This document shows, one piece after another, positions 23,782-32,271 of a DNA stretch of 32,271 bases; positions within the stretch are counted from its first letter, which is position 1, and each line of letters begins with the position of its first letter. Origin of the DNA: Treponema sp. GTDB lineage: Bacteria > Spirochaetota > Spirochaetia > Treponematales > Breznakiellaceae. A model generated the notes under the pieces. It saw only the letters and a list, made by a program, of their open reading frames with translations. It had not been told where the DNA came from and did not search any database. The DNA is taken from the NCBI GenBank assembly GCA_031254795.1, contig JAIRTS010000148.1:1-32271 (forward strand). Direction: 5' to 3'. The translations under genes and the position numbers were made by a program.

Positions 23782-25330
23782 AATCTTCCTCGAATATAAT
23801 GATCTCGCCCGCTTTCTCCCTGCCCATGAGTTCGGCTTCGGAAAGCGCTTCTCCCGCCTTCATTTTCCGTCCATATACAAGCCCCAAAAGCTGAATGACC
23901 ACCAGCGGCGTCATGGCGACCATCGCCACAATGCCGAAGGCGTCTTTCATCATGTCGCCGCCCACGCCTTCGCACGTTCCAATCGCAAGCGGAAGGAGGA
24001 AGGTTGAAGTCATTGGCCCGGAACATACGCCGCCTGAGTCAAAGGCTATGCCGGTGAAGATGCGCGGCACAAAGAAGGTGAGTATGAGGGCGAACGCATA
24101 CCCCGGTATCAAAATCCACATGATTGAAATGCCGGTGAGTATCCGTATCATAGTGATGCCCAAAGCGAGCGACATGCCGATTGCAAGCGCCGTGTTCATC
24201 ACTTTCTGCGTGATTGCGCCCTGGGATACGTCTTCCACCTGTTTGTTAAGCACGTGAACCGCAGGCTCCGCCGCGACAATGAAGTACCCGATGATCATGC
24301 CCAGCGGCGCTAGAAGCCACTTGACGTTTGTTCGCGCGAGATCGTAGCCGAAAAGGTGGCCCACTGGAATGAAGCCGACTTCCACGCCGGTCAGGAACAA
24401 CACAAGTCCAATGAAGGTGTAGATGAATCCGACCAGTATTCTCATAAGTTGTTGCTTCTTGTACCGTCTTGAAATCAACTGGAACACGACAAAAAACAAG
24501 AGAATTGCGGCAAGCGCCATGGCGACATCTCGTATCTTCGCGGGGAAGGCTTCCAGAAAGGCGAGAACAACATCCCTGTTCGTATATGCCGCTATCGCGC
24601 TTGTGTCGATTGGCTCGCCCGCGTCAACCTTGTTGATATGCCTTGCCATGCCGAGGATCAGCGTCGAAAGAATGGGGCCTATGCTGCACAGGGCGACAAA
24701 GCCAAAGCTGTCTTCTTTTGACCTCTTGTCGCCGCGCAAAGACGCGACGCCGACGCACATCGCCAGCATAAACGGCACGGTCATGGGCCCGGTGGTGACT
24801 CCGCCTGAGTCAAACGCCACGGGTATGAAGGAGCCATCCGGCGTGGTGAGCATGTAGCCCGCAATGGCAAAGACAATAATGTAGAAGCCAAAAAGCAACA
24901 TCATAAGCGGAATTCCAAACAACACCCGCAACACGGCTACAGCGAGGAAAAGACCAACGCCAAGGCCAACGGTGACAACCAATACCCACGGGTTGAGGGA
25001 TTCGGCGAGCTGCCCCGCAAGCACCTGGAGATCCGGCTCTGCGACGGTGATGATCACGCCCATAACAAAGCTAATGCCGAGCGCCAGCGCCAGTTTTGAG
25101 GTCTTGGTAAGCTGGGCGCCGATCCCTTCGCCCATCGGCATCATCGCCATATCCGCGCCCAGAGTGAAGAAGCCCATGCCGACGATGAGCAACGCCGCTC
25201 CGGCAAGGAACATGACGATGACACCCGCCGACATCGGCACCAGCAAGATGCTCGCAATGATCACAATGACGGTTATGGGAAGCACCGATGAAAACGCTTC
25301 CCGTATCTTTTCCTGCAAGACTTTATTCAC
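23768..25330 (-). CDS. Fused double DUF1538-family polytopic membrane protein, a putative transporter.
   Basis: 520 aa and highly hydrophobic. Two repeats each carry the ...GF(F/I)..G......P(M/V)G...and T(V/A)AEP(D/A) signatures: ITVAEPDLQVLAGQ in the first half and IVAAEPAVHVLNKQ in the second. Confidence 0.82.
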   Translation of the reverse strand: MNKVLQEKIREAFSSVLPITVIVIIASILLVPMSAGVIVMFLAGAALLIVGMGFFTLGADMAMMPMGEGIGAQLTKTSKLALALGISFVMGVIITVAEPDLQVLAGQLAESLNPWVLVVTVGLGVGLFLAVAVLRVLFGIPLMMLLFGFYIIVFAIAGYMLTTPDGSFIPVAFDSGGVTTGPMTVPFMLAMCVGVASLRGDKRSKEDSFGFVALCSIGPILSTLILGMARHINKVDAGEPIDTSAIAAYTNRDVVLAFLEAFPAKIRDVAMALAAILLFFVVFQLISRRYKKQQLMRILVGFIYTFIGLVLFLTGVEVGFIPVGHLFGYDLARTNVKWLLAPLGMIIGYFIVAAEPAVHVLNKQVEDVSQGAITQKVMNTALAIGMSLALGITMIRILTGISIMWILIPGYAFALILTFFVPRIFTGIAFDSGGVCSGPMTSTFLLPLAIGTCEGVGGDMMKDAFGIVAMVAMTPLVVIQLLGLVYGRKMKAGEALSEAELMGREKAGEIIIFEEDYVYA

Positions 25331-25404
25331 AAATTCGCCACTCCTTTGCTATGTGAGGTTTCTTAAAACGCGCCCTGACGCCGCGAGTAATTCATCAATC
25401 CTTT

Positions 25405-28400
25405 TTACACAGGCAACGTACGCGCAGGCACGCCCAACGCCGCGGCCGTTTTCTCCGCGCCGCCCGCGCCTTCGAGCGCGCAGGACGCGCCGCTATGCAT
25501 ACGCTCCGCGATGCGTTCAGCCGCGGCGACAACTTCATCAGCGGTCATATCCAGCAAATAATTTCTAATTCTTGATCGCTGCGCGTCCTCAATGCCGCAA
25601 AAAAACCTGAAACAATCGGACAAGCCCTTCTGGTTCGGCGTTTGCGGGCGCGTCTCATTGGCATAAGCGCCGATAATCATCTTTTCCATACTATCGGCGT
25701 CAACGCGGACGCGGCTTATTTTTTTCAGCGACTGGGGAAAAGCGGCCAATGTTTTCAGCGGGTCCGGATCGCGGTAACTTGCAAGGCAAAAACCGCGATC
25801 CAATCCGTTGAGATACGCAAACACCCCGTACGCGCCGCCTTTCATGCGGACGCTTTCCCACAGCTCGCCTGTCGCCGCGTAATGGGACAGCAACAGTTCC
25901 GCGGCATAGTTCCGTGTGGCGTACTCCGACGCCGGAATCACGGCGCCGGTAAATCCAACTTGCAACGTCGGAGACGCCCAAACCTCGGTTTCGTATTTTT
26001 TCCCGCTGTCAGGCGGTTGAACGCCGTTTAAACACAGCGAGAAGAACGCCTCTTCCGATACGCCGGCGTTCCGGGGTTTTGGCGCGCCGAACGCGGCGTA
26101 TGTTTGTTCAAAAACCGGCGCCGCCGCGTCAATGGTTTCTTTGGACGCCGTGAGGTTGATCAACGCGCCCGCGGACGAGATCGCGTCCCGTATGCGGGTG
26201 AGATTCGCGCTTATTTCAGGCGTGTCCATCGCCGTTATCTTTTGGATAAACTCAAGCTGAGAAACGCCGTTCCAGATTTCTTCTATGAGGTGTGATTTTG
26301 AGAAATGCCTGCCCGCTCTGCTCATAGCGTAAGCGTGTCCAAGCGGCGCGACGCTGGACGCCAAATCGTTTTTGAAATTCAGCGTGATGTCATTGAGCCT
26401 GCGCATATCCGTAAAATCCGCTTTGGCGATGATGTCGAGACTGAGGCCAACGCTCTCCGGCAACTTCTCGTCAAGGCATCTGAAGTTCCAGACAAGCCAA
26501 TCCCGCCCGCGAATGTCAAAGACGCCGGAAGGCGTCGCAACACTGCGGCTTGCTCCCGGCGAGACGCCGAAGCTTTTCAGAGTCGAGGAAAAATCGCCTA
26601 CGGTGCGGGCCAACAGGCTCGAAACCGCCGCGTAATCCATGCCCGGCAATCCGGTTGACACGGCGGCGCGGCTGAACAGGCTGAGCCACGGATAATCCTC
26701 CGGCTCAAGAACATCCACCGGAAACGCTATGTTCACATAGGCGACGCCATTGGTGAAAATGTCGTGCGCCAGAACAGGCGCGCCTCCCGCGTCAAACAGT
26801 CTCCGGGGCGTCGCAACGATTTCCCGCGAAAGGTCGCGTACGGACAGGTGGGGAATGGATGCCAGCACTTCCGGGCTATCCTTTTCATCCTGCAGTTTTT
26901 TAAGCTCTCTCGCTTTCTTCTCTATGGCTTTCAAGTCCGCTTTTGAGAGCGCCGCCTGTTTTTCCGCCAGTTTTTGCGCGAGATTTCTTTCAAGGACACT
27001 CGTTCCCATGCGGTCCGTTTCCGGTTCAATGGAAAGCAGGGCGCGGTGCGGGTTGTCGAGCAGATAGGTCTGAATAAGCTGCTCAACATAACGTCCGCCC
27101 TCCACGCCATTGAGTTTTTCTTTTATTCTGGTGAAAGCGGGCAGGAAGAGCAGGCTTTCCCAGGGTTTCTCTCCATGCAACCAGCCGCGCAGCGTTCGTT
27201 GCAGCCAAACAAGGGAAAAAGGACCATGCGCCCTGCTTATTTCGCGGTTTGAAAACTCAAGGGAAACCACGGCGGCTTCAATTTCTTCTTTTGGAACGCC
27301 CTCCCGCGTCAAACGCCGCAGTTCTTCCATAACAAGCTGTTCAACAGCTTCAGCCGTGGTTTTGGAAAGATCAACGCCCCGCAGTCCCGCCGCCATAATG
27401 GTCTGCCTGCGTTCACTCTCAAACCCGCTCGCCGGCGACATATCCTCCCCCAACCCTGACTCAACGAGCGCTTTGGCAAGCGGAGACCCGTCATGTCCCA
27501 TGAGAATTTCAGACAGGATGGCAAGCGCCATCGTTTCGTCCGGATCCGTCGCGTCGCCGCAGAGCCATGAAAGCAGAACCGTAGCCTTCTCCTTGCCGCC
27601 CGCAGAACATTGCGCCCGCGCCCGCTTGGGTTTTTCCCACTTTTTTGCCAACGGAAGCGGCGGCGCGGCGGATCCGGACGCCGGAGACGCCGACAATATG
27701 TTGTCCAAAAAGGCGAATTGTTTTTCACTTGCGATATTGCCCGCCAAAAAAATCCTGCAATTCGCCGGAGCATAGCGGCTTTTGTGAAAATTTTTGAAAT
27801 ATTCAAAGGTCAAATCCGGTATACATTCGGGATCTCCTCCCGATTCATAGGCGTACGGCGTTCCCTCAAACAGAGTCCGCGCCATCAGGCGCTCGGCGAC
27901 CGTCTCAACCGAAGAATACGCGCCCTTCATTTCGTTGTACACAACCCCCGTGACGGAGAGTTTTTTCCCTTTGGCCGCGCCGGCGGCTGACTCGCCGTCA
28001 ACAAGCTCCAGCCGGTGTCCTTCCTGCATAAACGCCCACTCGGACAAGAGGGGATGAAACACCGCGTCCGCGTATACGCCCATTATATTAAAGTAATCGC
28101 GCTCGTTGACTGAGCTCGCCGGATACACGGTCTTGTCGGGAAACGTCCACGCGTTGAGATAAGTCTGGAGGCTGCCCTGCCCCAACGCGAGAAAGGCGTC
28201 TTTCAGCGGATAACGCTCTGATCCGCACAGCACAGAATGCTCTATTATGTGGGCGACGCCTGTCGAATCTTCTGGAGCGGTCGCGAAGCTGAAGGCGAAA
28301 AGGTTTTCTTCATCATCATTCAGAACGTGAAACACCTCCGCGCCGGTTTTTGTATGTCTGGCGTACACGCCCGCCGCATTAATTTCACTCAAATCGGCGA

Positions 28401-28455
28401 TGTCAAGAATCTCAAACCCGTTTGACGTTTGCCCTCTTCTCAATGTCGTTTCCAC
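25405..28455 (-). CDS. M16C (PreP/insulinase-like) zinc metallopeptidase
   Basis: Inverted zinc motif HIIEHSVLCGSERYP (HxxEH) in an M16C-sized body of about 1000 aa. I prefer the GTG at 28455 (AAAGAGG-N5-GTG). The maximal ORF runs to a TTG at 28572 with no RBS and would read through a 14-bp tandem repeat. Confidence 0.85.
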   Translation of the reverse strand: METTLRRGQTSNGFEILDIADLSEINAAGVYARHTKTGAEVFHVLNDDEENLFAFSFATAPEDSTGVAHIIEHSVLCGSERYPLKDAFLALGQGSLQTYLNAWTFPDKTVYPASSVNERDYFNIMGVYADAVFHPLLSEWAFMQEGHRLELVDGESAAGAAKGKKLSVTGVVYNEMKGAYSSVETVAERLMARTLFEGTPYAYESGGDPECIPDLTFEYFKNFHKSRYAPANCRIFLAGNIASEKQFAFLDNILSASPASGSAAPPLPLAKKWEKPKRARAQCSAGGKEKATVLLSWLCGDATDPDETMALAILSEILMGHDGSPLAKALVESGLGEDMSPASGFESERRQTIMAAGLRGVDLSKTTAEAVEQLVMEELRRLTREGVPKEEIEAAVVSLEFSNREISRAHGPFSLVWLQRTLRGWLHGEKPWESLLFLPAFTRIKEKLNGVEGGRYVEQLIQTYLLDNPHRALLSIEPETDRMGTSVLERNLAQKLAEKQAALSKADLKAIEKKARELKKLQDEKDSPEVLASIPHLSVRDLSREIVATPRRLFDAGGAPVLAHDIFTNGVAYVNIAFPVDVLEPEDYPWLSLFSRAAVSTGLPGMDYAAVSSLLARTVGDFSSTLKSFGVSPGASRSVATPSGVFDIRGRDWLVWNFRCLDEKLPESVGLSLDIIAKADFTDMRRLNDITLNFKNDLASSVAPLGHAYAMSRAGRHFSKSHLIEEIWNGVSQLEFIQKITAMDTPEISANLTRIRDAISSAGALINLTASKETIDAAAPVFEQTYAAFGAPKPRNAGVSEEAFFSLCLNGVQPPDSGKKYETEVWASPTLQVGFTGAVIPASEYATRNYAAELLLSHYAATGELWESVRMKGGAYGVFAYLNGLDRGFCLASYRDPDPLKTLAAFPQSLKKISRVRVDADSMEKMIIGAYANETRPQTPNQKGLSDCFRFFCGIEDAQRSRIRNYLLDMTADEVVAAAERIAERMHSGASCALEGAGGAEKTAAALGVPARTLPV

Positions 28456-28497
28456 GCGCACCTCTTTACTCAAATGAGCCTTTCTCAAAACGCGAAT

Positions 28498-28525
28498 TAT
28501 GTTCGGCGAACTATGTTCGGCGAAC
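28498..28525. repeat. Perfect 2 x 14-bp tandem repeat in which each unit contains a palindrome.
   Basis: The plus strand reads TATGTTCGGCGAAC twice (28498-28511 and 28512-28525). On the minus strand this is ATGTTCG-C-CGAACAT followed by (T)AGTTCG-C-CGAACAT(A). Confidence 0.95.
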
Positions 28526-28575
28526 ATAGTTTGGGTTGGCATTGACATACCGGCATTTTGAAAAAGCCTCAAAAT

Positions 28576-29661
28576 TTATATGATAATATCCTCATCATCG
28601 GCAAGCAGTATCTCGCCTCTTTCCCTGCCCCGCCTGAACCAATTCAGGAAATCAGACGCGACGACATCCGCCTCGAAACGCGACACAGTCCCTAAAATTT
28701 CGGCTTCTTCCCGTATCAAAGCGCGGCGCGGCGTTGACACGTTGGACAAAATTTTGTCAATAAAGGACTGCCTGCGCCCCTTCAGCAGAAAGACGATTTC
28801 TTTTTCGCTCATGGTTCGCAGTTTTTCTTCCAAAGCGAGATCGCTCATACGCAAAATGTCGTCGAGCGTGTAGAGCCTCGCCCTCAAATTGCAGCTCAAG
28901 GATGGATCGTCGCCTTCCAGTTCCTCAAGGAGCCTCGATTCAAAAGAGGCGTCCGCCGCTTTGAGTATCTCCGCGAGCGCGTTCATGCCGTCGATCTCTT
29001 CGGAATCAGTTCGGCCTATTTTCCGCGCTTTCTCTTTGAGCGCGTCCGCAACCCGTTCCATGACGGACGGCGCTATCTTGTCCATTTTGGCGATGCGTTT
29101 GATGATCTCGGTTTTCCTTGCGGACTCTTCACGCTTTATCACCTCGGCGGCCAATCTCGCGGGCAGTCTCGAAAGCACCAGCGCCTCGGAGGCCGGGGAT
29201 TCGTCCTTAAAAAGAACGCCCAACTGCTCCGCCGTAAAGTTCTCAAGAAACCCAAAGGGATTTTCCACAGCCTCCGGCACGGTTTTCCGAAGCGTCGCCT
29301 CGCCCTTTTCAGGTCCGTACGCCGCGTGCAAAAGCTTCCGCGCCTCGTCAACTCCGCCCGCGGACGATCCCCTATACCCTCCTGAGGAGACTGCCATAAA
29401 AGACCGGAATTCGGCGAATAATTTCTCCGCTTCCGCCGATGTAATGCCTTTTATCGAAGCGATTTCTCTGGAAATAATCTCCGCCTGCTTGACATTGAGC
29501 TTTGAAAGGACCTTCGCCGCTTCCTCTCCGCCAATGAGTATGAGGAGTTTCGCCACTTTCCGGTATTTTGAATCCCCACCGCCAACCTTGACCAGTTCCT
29601 GTTCAGACTCATCATCTTGAAACAGGGCGGATAAAGCGGAATAGCCGGGTTTTCTCGCCAT
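28576..29661 (-). CDS. fliG: FliG-like flagellar rotor/switch protein located outside any flagellar operon.
   Basis: 361 aa. The N-terminus YRKVAKLLILIGGEEAAKVLSKLNVKQAEIISREIA matches the FliG_N pattern, and the C-terminal LDDILRMSDLALEEKLRTMSEKEIVFLLKG...LSNVSTPRRALIREE matches the FliG_C pattern. Confidence 0.82.
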   Translation of the reverse strand: MARKPGYSALSALFQDDESEQELVKVGGGDSKYRKVAKLLILIGGEEAAKVLSKLNVKQAEIISREIASIKGITSAEAEKLFAEFRSFMAVSSGGYRGSSAGGVDEARKLLHAAYGPEKGEATLRKTVPEAVENPFGFLENFTAEQLGVLFKDESPASEALVLSRLPARLAAEVIKREESARKTEIIKRIAKMDKIAPSVMERVADALKEKARKIGRTDSEEIDGMNALAEILKAADASFESRLLEELEGDDPSLSCNLRARLYTLDDILRMSDLALEEKLRTMSEKEIVFLLKGRRQSFIDKILSNVSTPRRALIREEAEILGTVSRFEADVVASDFLNWFRRGRERGEILLADDEDIII

Positions 29662-29748
29662 ATCGAAAAAGATTTTAACAGAAACGCGCTATGGTTTCAA
29701 GAGCGTACATAGAGGAAAAATCTCGCGCGCGCAAAACGCTTCGCGCCG

Positions 29749-31068
29749 TCATCGCCCAATGTCCTTCCGGAAGTCCATGCCGTCAAAGCGCGCCGATTCA
29801 AGGGCGCGGTACGCCTCGCTTCTCGCGCTCTCCGCGTCAGCGCCGTACGCGGAGACGGCAAACACCCTGCCGCCTGATGTGAAGAAATCGCCGTCTCGCA
29901 GGCGCAAACCCGCGGCGAAGAGTTTCACGCCAGGGGACAATTCGCCGCCGCCCGGCGCCGCGCCGTTCACCGTGACACAATCGCCTTTCCGGTACGGGCC
30001 AGGGTATCCGCCTGCGACCGCGACCGGAGCGCACACGGCGCCCCGCTTCCATGCAAGATGGCTTTCCGCCAGGCTCCCATCCAGAATCGCGGCGCACACA
30101 TCCGCGAAGTCCGAGTCAAGCAGCGGCAGCGCCGCCTGTGTCTCCGGATCGCCCAAGCGCGCATTGTATTCAAGCAGATGGCAACGTCCTTCCCGCGCCA
30201 TGAGTCCGAAAAAGATGAACCCGCGGTAATCAAAATTTTCCGCCTTCAGCCCTTTCAGCGTCGGCTCAAGGATCGACGCGCGAAAATCCGCTTGCGCCTC
30301 CTCCGTAAAGTCCGGAACCGGCGCGATGGCGCCCATGCCGCCCGTGTTGGGACCCATGTCGCCGTCAAAGCGGCGTTTATGATCCCGCGCCGAAATGAAA
30401 GGCGCGATAACGCCCTCGCCGTTCCGAACGCTGACGGCGGCGAGCACGGAAACCTCTTCGCCGCGCAGGAAGTCTTCGATCACAACGGTTCTTCCCGCGT
30501 CTCCAATAGCGCCGTCCTTCATAAAAAAACGCAGACACGCCTCGGCTTCCGCAAAGGAATTCGCAATGACAACGCCTTTGCCCGCGGCAAGCCCGTCCGC
30601 CTTGATGACAACGGGCTGATTGGTTTGGGAAAAATGAGCTTTCACGTGCCGGAGCGCGTCTTCAAAACCCGCGTCGGCGAATTCCCTGCTCGCCGCGGTT
30701 CGGACGCCATATTTCGCCATAAAAGCCTTTGAGAACGCCTTGCTCGCCTCAAGCCGCGCGGCCCTTTTGTCAGGGCCCACAATGGCGAGGGAACGGCTGT
30801 GAAACGCGGCGACGATCCCCGACGCAAGCGGCGCCTCAGGGCCAACCACGCTGAAGGCGACGTCCATTTTTTCGGCGAAATCGGCCAGAATCGCATGTCC
30901 GGCTTCCGTTTCAGGATCAACGCCGGCAAGCGCGTTCTCACATTTCTTTTCAAGCGCGGTTCCGCCGTTGCCCGGGCATACAAAGACCGTTTTCACCTTC
31001 GGCGACATGGCGAGTTTCCACGCAATGGCGTGTTCCCGTCCGCCTGAGCCTATAACGAGTACGTTCAT
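29749..31068 (-). CDS. purD: Phosphoribosylamine-glycine ligase
   Basis: MNVLVIGSGGREHAIAWKL at the N-terminus, an ATP-grasp body, and GPNTGGMGA. Confidence 0.95.
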   Translation of the reverse strand: MNVLVIGSGGREHAIAWKLAMSPKVKTVFVCPGNGGTALEKKCENALAGVDPETEAGHAILADFAEKMDVAFSVVGPEAPLASGIVAAFHSRSLAIVGPDKRAARLEASKAFSKAFMAKYGVRTAASREFADAGFEDALRHVKAHFSQTNQPVVIKADGLAAGKGVVIANSFAEAEACLRFFMKDGAIGDAGRTVVIEDFLRGEEVSVLAAVSVRNGEGVIAPFISARDHKRRFDGDMGPNTGGMGAIAPVPDFTEEAQADFRASILEPTLKGLKAENFDYRGFIFFGLMAREGRCHLLEYNARLGDPETQAALPLLDSDFADVCAAILDGSLAESHLAWKRGAVCAPVAVAGGYPGPYRKGDCVTVNGAAPGGGELSPGVKLFAAGLRLRDGDFFTSGGRVFAVSAYGADAESARSEAYRALESARFDGMDFRKDIGR

Positions 31069-31071
31069 GAT

Positions 31072-32220
31072 TTATTTCTCCACCAGTTTTGTCACGGCTT
31101 CGCCCATTTCGGCGGTGCCGACAATCGTCTCATTCGCCGCGCCCCGCCCCCTGCCCGCGATGTCCAGGGTGCGCAACCCCGCGTCCAGCGCGGCGCTCAC
31201 CGCGTCCTCAATGGCGCGGGCTTCTTTTTCAAGCCCAAAGGAATAATGGAGCATCATTGCGGCTGAAAGGATCGCGCCGAGCGGGTTCGCGATGTTCTTG
31301 CCGGCGATGTCAGGCGCGGAACCGTGTATCGGCTCATACATGCCCATAGGACGGCCATTTTTGGCAAGCGGATCGCGCGGACCGCCAAGGCTCGCCGAAG
31401 GCAGCATGCCGATTGAGCCGGTCAGCGCCGACGCCTCATCCGATAGAATGTCGCCGAACAGGTTCGAGGTCGCGATGACATCGAACTGTCCGGGAGCGCG
31501 GACAAGCTGCATGGCGGCGTTGTCAACATAGAGAAATGACGTCTCAATATCGGGATAGTCTTTCGACACGACGGCGGCGACTTCGCGCCAAAGACGGGAT
31601 GATTCGAGTATGTTCGCCTTGTCCACAACGCAGAGCTTCTTCCGTCTGATAGCGGCGGCTTCATAGCCCACACGCAGAACCCGCTCTATCTCGTCCCACG
31701 CGTAGCGTTCGGTGTCAAAGGCCGCTTTGCCGTCCGCGCTCCGCCCCCGTTCCCCGAAGTAAAGCCCTCCGGTAAGCTCCCGCGCGATGAGCAGGTCGAA
31801 ATTCGGCTCGCCTTCGCGGTCACTGGAAACGAGGACTTCGTCTTTGAGCGGACACGCGCGTCGCAACTGGGGCGACAGCCTTGCCGGACGCAGGTTCGCA
31901 AACACGCCCAAACCGGCCCGCAATCCCAAGAGGGCGCGTTCCGGGCGCAGATGACCGGGCAGGGTCTCCCATCGCGGCCCCCCGACCGCGCCCAGCAGCA
32001 GGGCGTCGCACTGTTTGGCGGCCTCAAGGGTCTCCCCGGGCAACGGCTCGCCCGTACTGTCGATGGCGCGGCCCCCCGCCTCAAGCTCCACATAATTGAA
32101 AACATGTCCCCACGCGGCGCCGACCGCGTCAAGAACCTCCGTCGCCGGCTTTATCACCTCGCGGCCAATTCCGTCCCCGGGAATCAAGGCTATCGAATAA
32201 TTCATAGCGTAATCTAGCAT
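31072..32220 (-). CDS. leuB: 3-isopropylmalate dehydrogenase
   Basis: [13 protein letters not shown] plus the signature [26 protein letters not shown]. An alternative ATG lies at 32205. It ends 3 nt upstream of purD. Confidence 0.9.
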   Translation of the reverse strand: MLDYAMNYSIALIPGDGIGREVIKPATEVLDAVGAAWGHVFNYVELEAGGRAIDSTGEPLPGETLEAAKQCDALLLGAVGGPRWETLPGHLRPERALLGLRAGLGVFANLRPARLSPQLRRACPLKDEVLVSSDREGEPNFDLLIARELTGGLYFGERGRSADGKAAFDTERYAWDEIERVLRVGYEAAAIRRKKLCVVDKANILESSRLWREVAAVVSKDYPDIETSFLYVDNAAMQLVRAPGQFDVIATSNLFGDILSDEASALTGSIGMLPSASLGGPRDPLAKNGRPMGMYEPIHGSAPDIAGKNIANPLGAILSAAMMLHYSFGLEKEARAIEDAVSAALDAGLRTLDIAGRGRGAANETIVGTAEMGEAVTKLVEK

Positions 32221-32271
32221 TTCCGGCGTTTTTTTGCAACATGGACCACGCGAAGCCGCGTCAATGGGGCG

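Noticed and set aside
28507-28519. CGAAC-TAT-GTTCG at the junction of the tandem repeat, considered as a LexA/Cheo box.
   Set aside because: The spacer is 3 nt rather than the 4 nt required by the CGAAC-N4-GTTCG consensus. I treat it as part of the repeat element and not as an SOS box.
28456-28572. N-terminal extension of the M16 peptidase to the TTG at 28572, and the internal ATGs at 28548, 28542 and 28527.
   Set aside because: None has a Shine-Dalgarno sequence. The extension would translate a 14-bp tandem repeat (not a multiple of 3) in two frames. The GTG at 28455 has AAAGAGG at ideal spacing and gives a typical short N-terminus. This is not certain; N-terminal proteomics would settle it.
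25642-31349. Antisense or alternative-frame ORFs in the M16, fliG, purD and leuB genes: 27110-27775, 27309-27806, 28889-29620, 30058-30732 and 31686-32132.
   Set aside because: They are S/A/R/P-rich low-complexity translations that are fully overlapped by genes with diagnostic motifs.
1-32271. Search for a parS site (TGTTTCACGTGAAACA-like) near parAB.
   Set aside because: Only half-site fragments turned up, for example TGTTTCAC at ~22885 and ACGTGAAACA at ~28323. No 16-bp palindrome with an acceptable number of matches is present, so parS is probably outside the window or diverged.
1-32271. CRISPR arrays, tRNA, rRNA, tmRNA, RNase P or SRP RNA, and transposase or integrase genes.
   Set aside because: Reading the intergenic regions showed no regularly spaced direct repeats, no tRNA T-loop or acceptor patterns, no conserved RNase P, tmRNA or SRP blocks, and no ORF with recombinase or transposase motifs.

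Overview
This is a 32.3-kb chromosomal window with about 26 protein-coding genes, most of them housekeeping. All calls come from motif recognition in the supplied ORF translations and from reading the DNA; no searches were run. The gene content (an orphan second fliG-like gene, parAB, an EndoQ-UvrD fusion, a promoter-proximal poly-G tract) suggests a spirochaete, possibly Treponema-like, but that is inference only.

Gene order, left to right:
- 3' end of a CDS with a PKD/Ig-like C-terminus
- an AT-rich orphan ORF flanked by GC-rich attC-like blocks
- queG (+)
- EndoQ-UvrD fusion (-)
- deoR-family regulator (+)
- parB-parA (-)
- Cof-type HAD / CBS-GHKL / DRTGG operon (+)
- ferredoxin / M23 peptidase / secreted PEGA-like protein operon (-)
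- frameshifted PD-(D/E)XK gene (+)
- radC (-)
- pepF, gpsA, GGDEF protein, lactonase (+)
- hybrid histidine kinase (-)
- one long minus-strand run: leuB, purD, fliG-like, M16C peptidase, fused double DUF1538 protein, tandem P-II-like protein

I recognised no rRNA, tRNA, CRISPR array, intact transposase or intact integrase, and I could not identify a complete novel multi-gene system with confidence.

The signals most worth follow-up are:
- a G15 homopolymer 43 nt upstream of the histidine-kinase start
- an integron-cassette-like AT-rich ORF bounded by attC-like elements
- the EndoQ-UvrD fusion
- a perfect 2 x 14-bp tandem palindromic repeat at the fliG/M16 junction
- nested palindromes containing a CGAAC-N4-GTTCG box upstream of radC
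- a fused DUF1538 / tandem P-II pair
- a GNDEF (degenerate A-site, intact I-site) GGDEF protein
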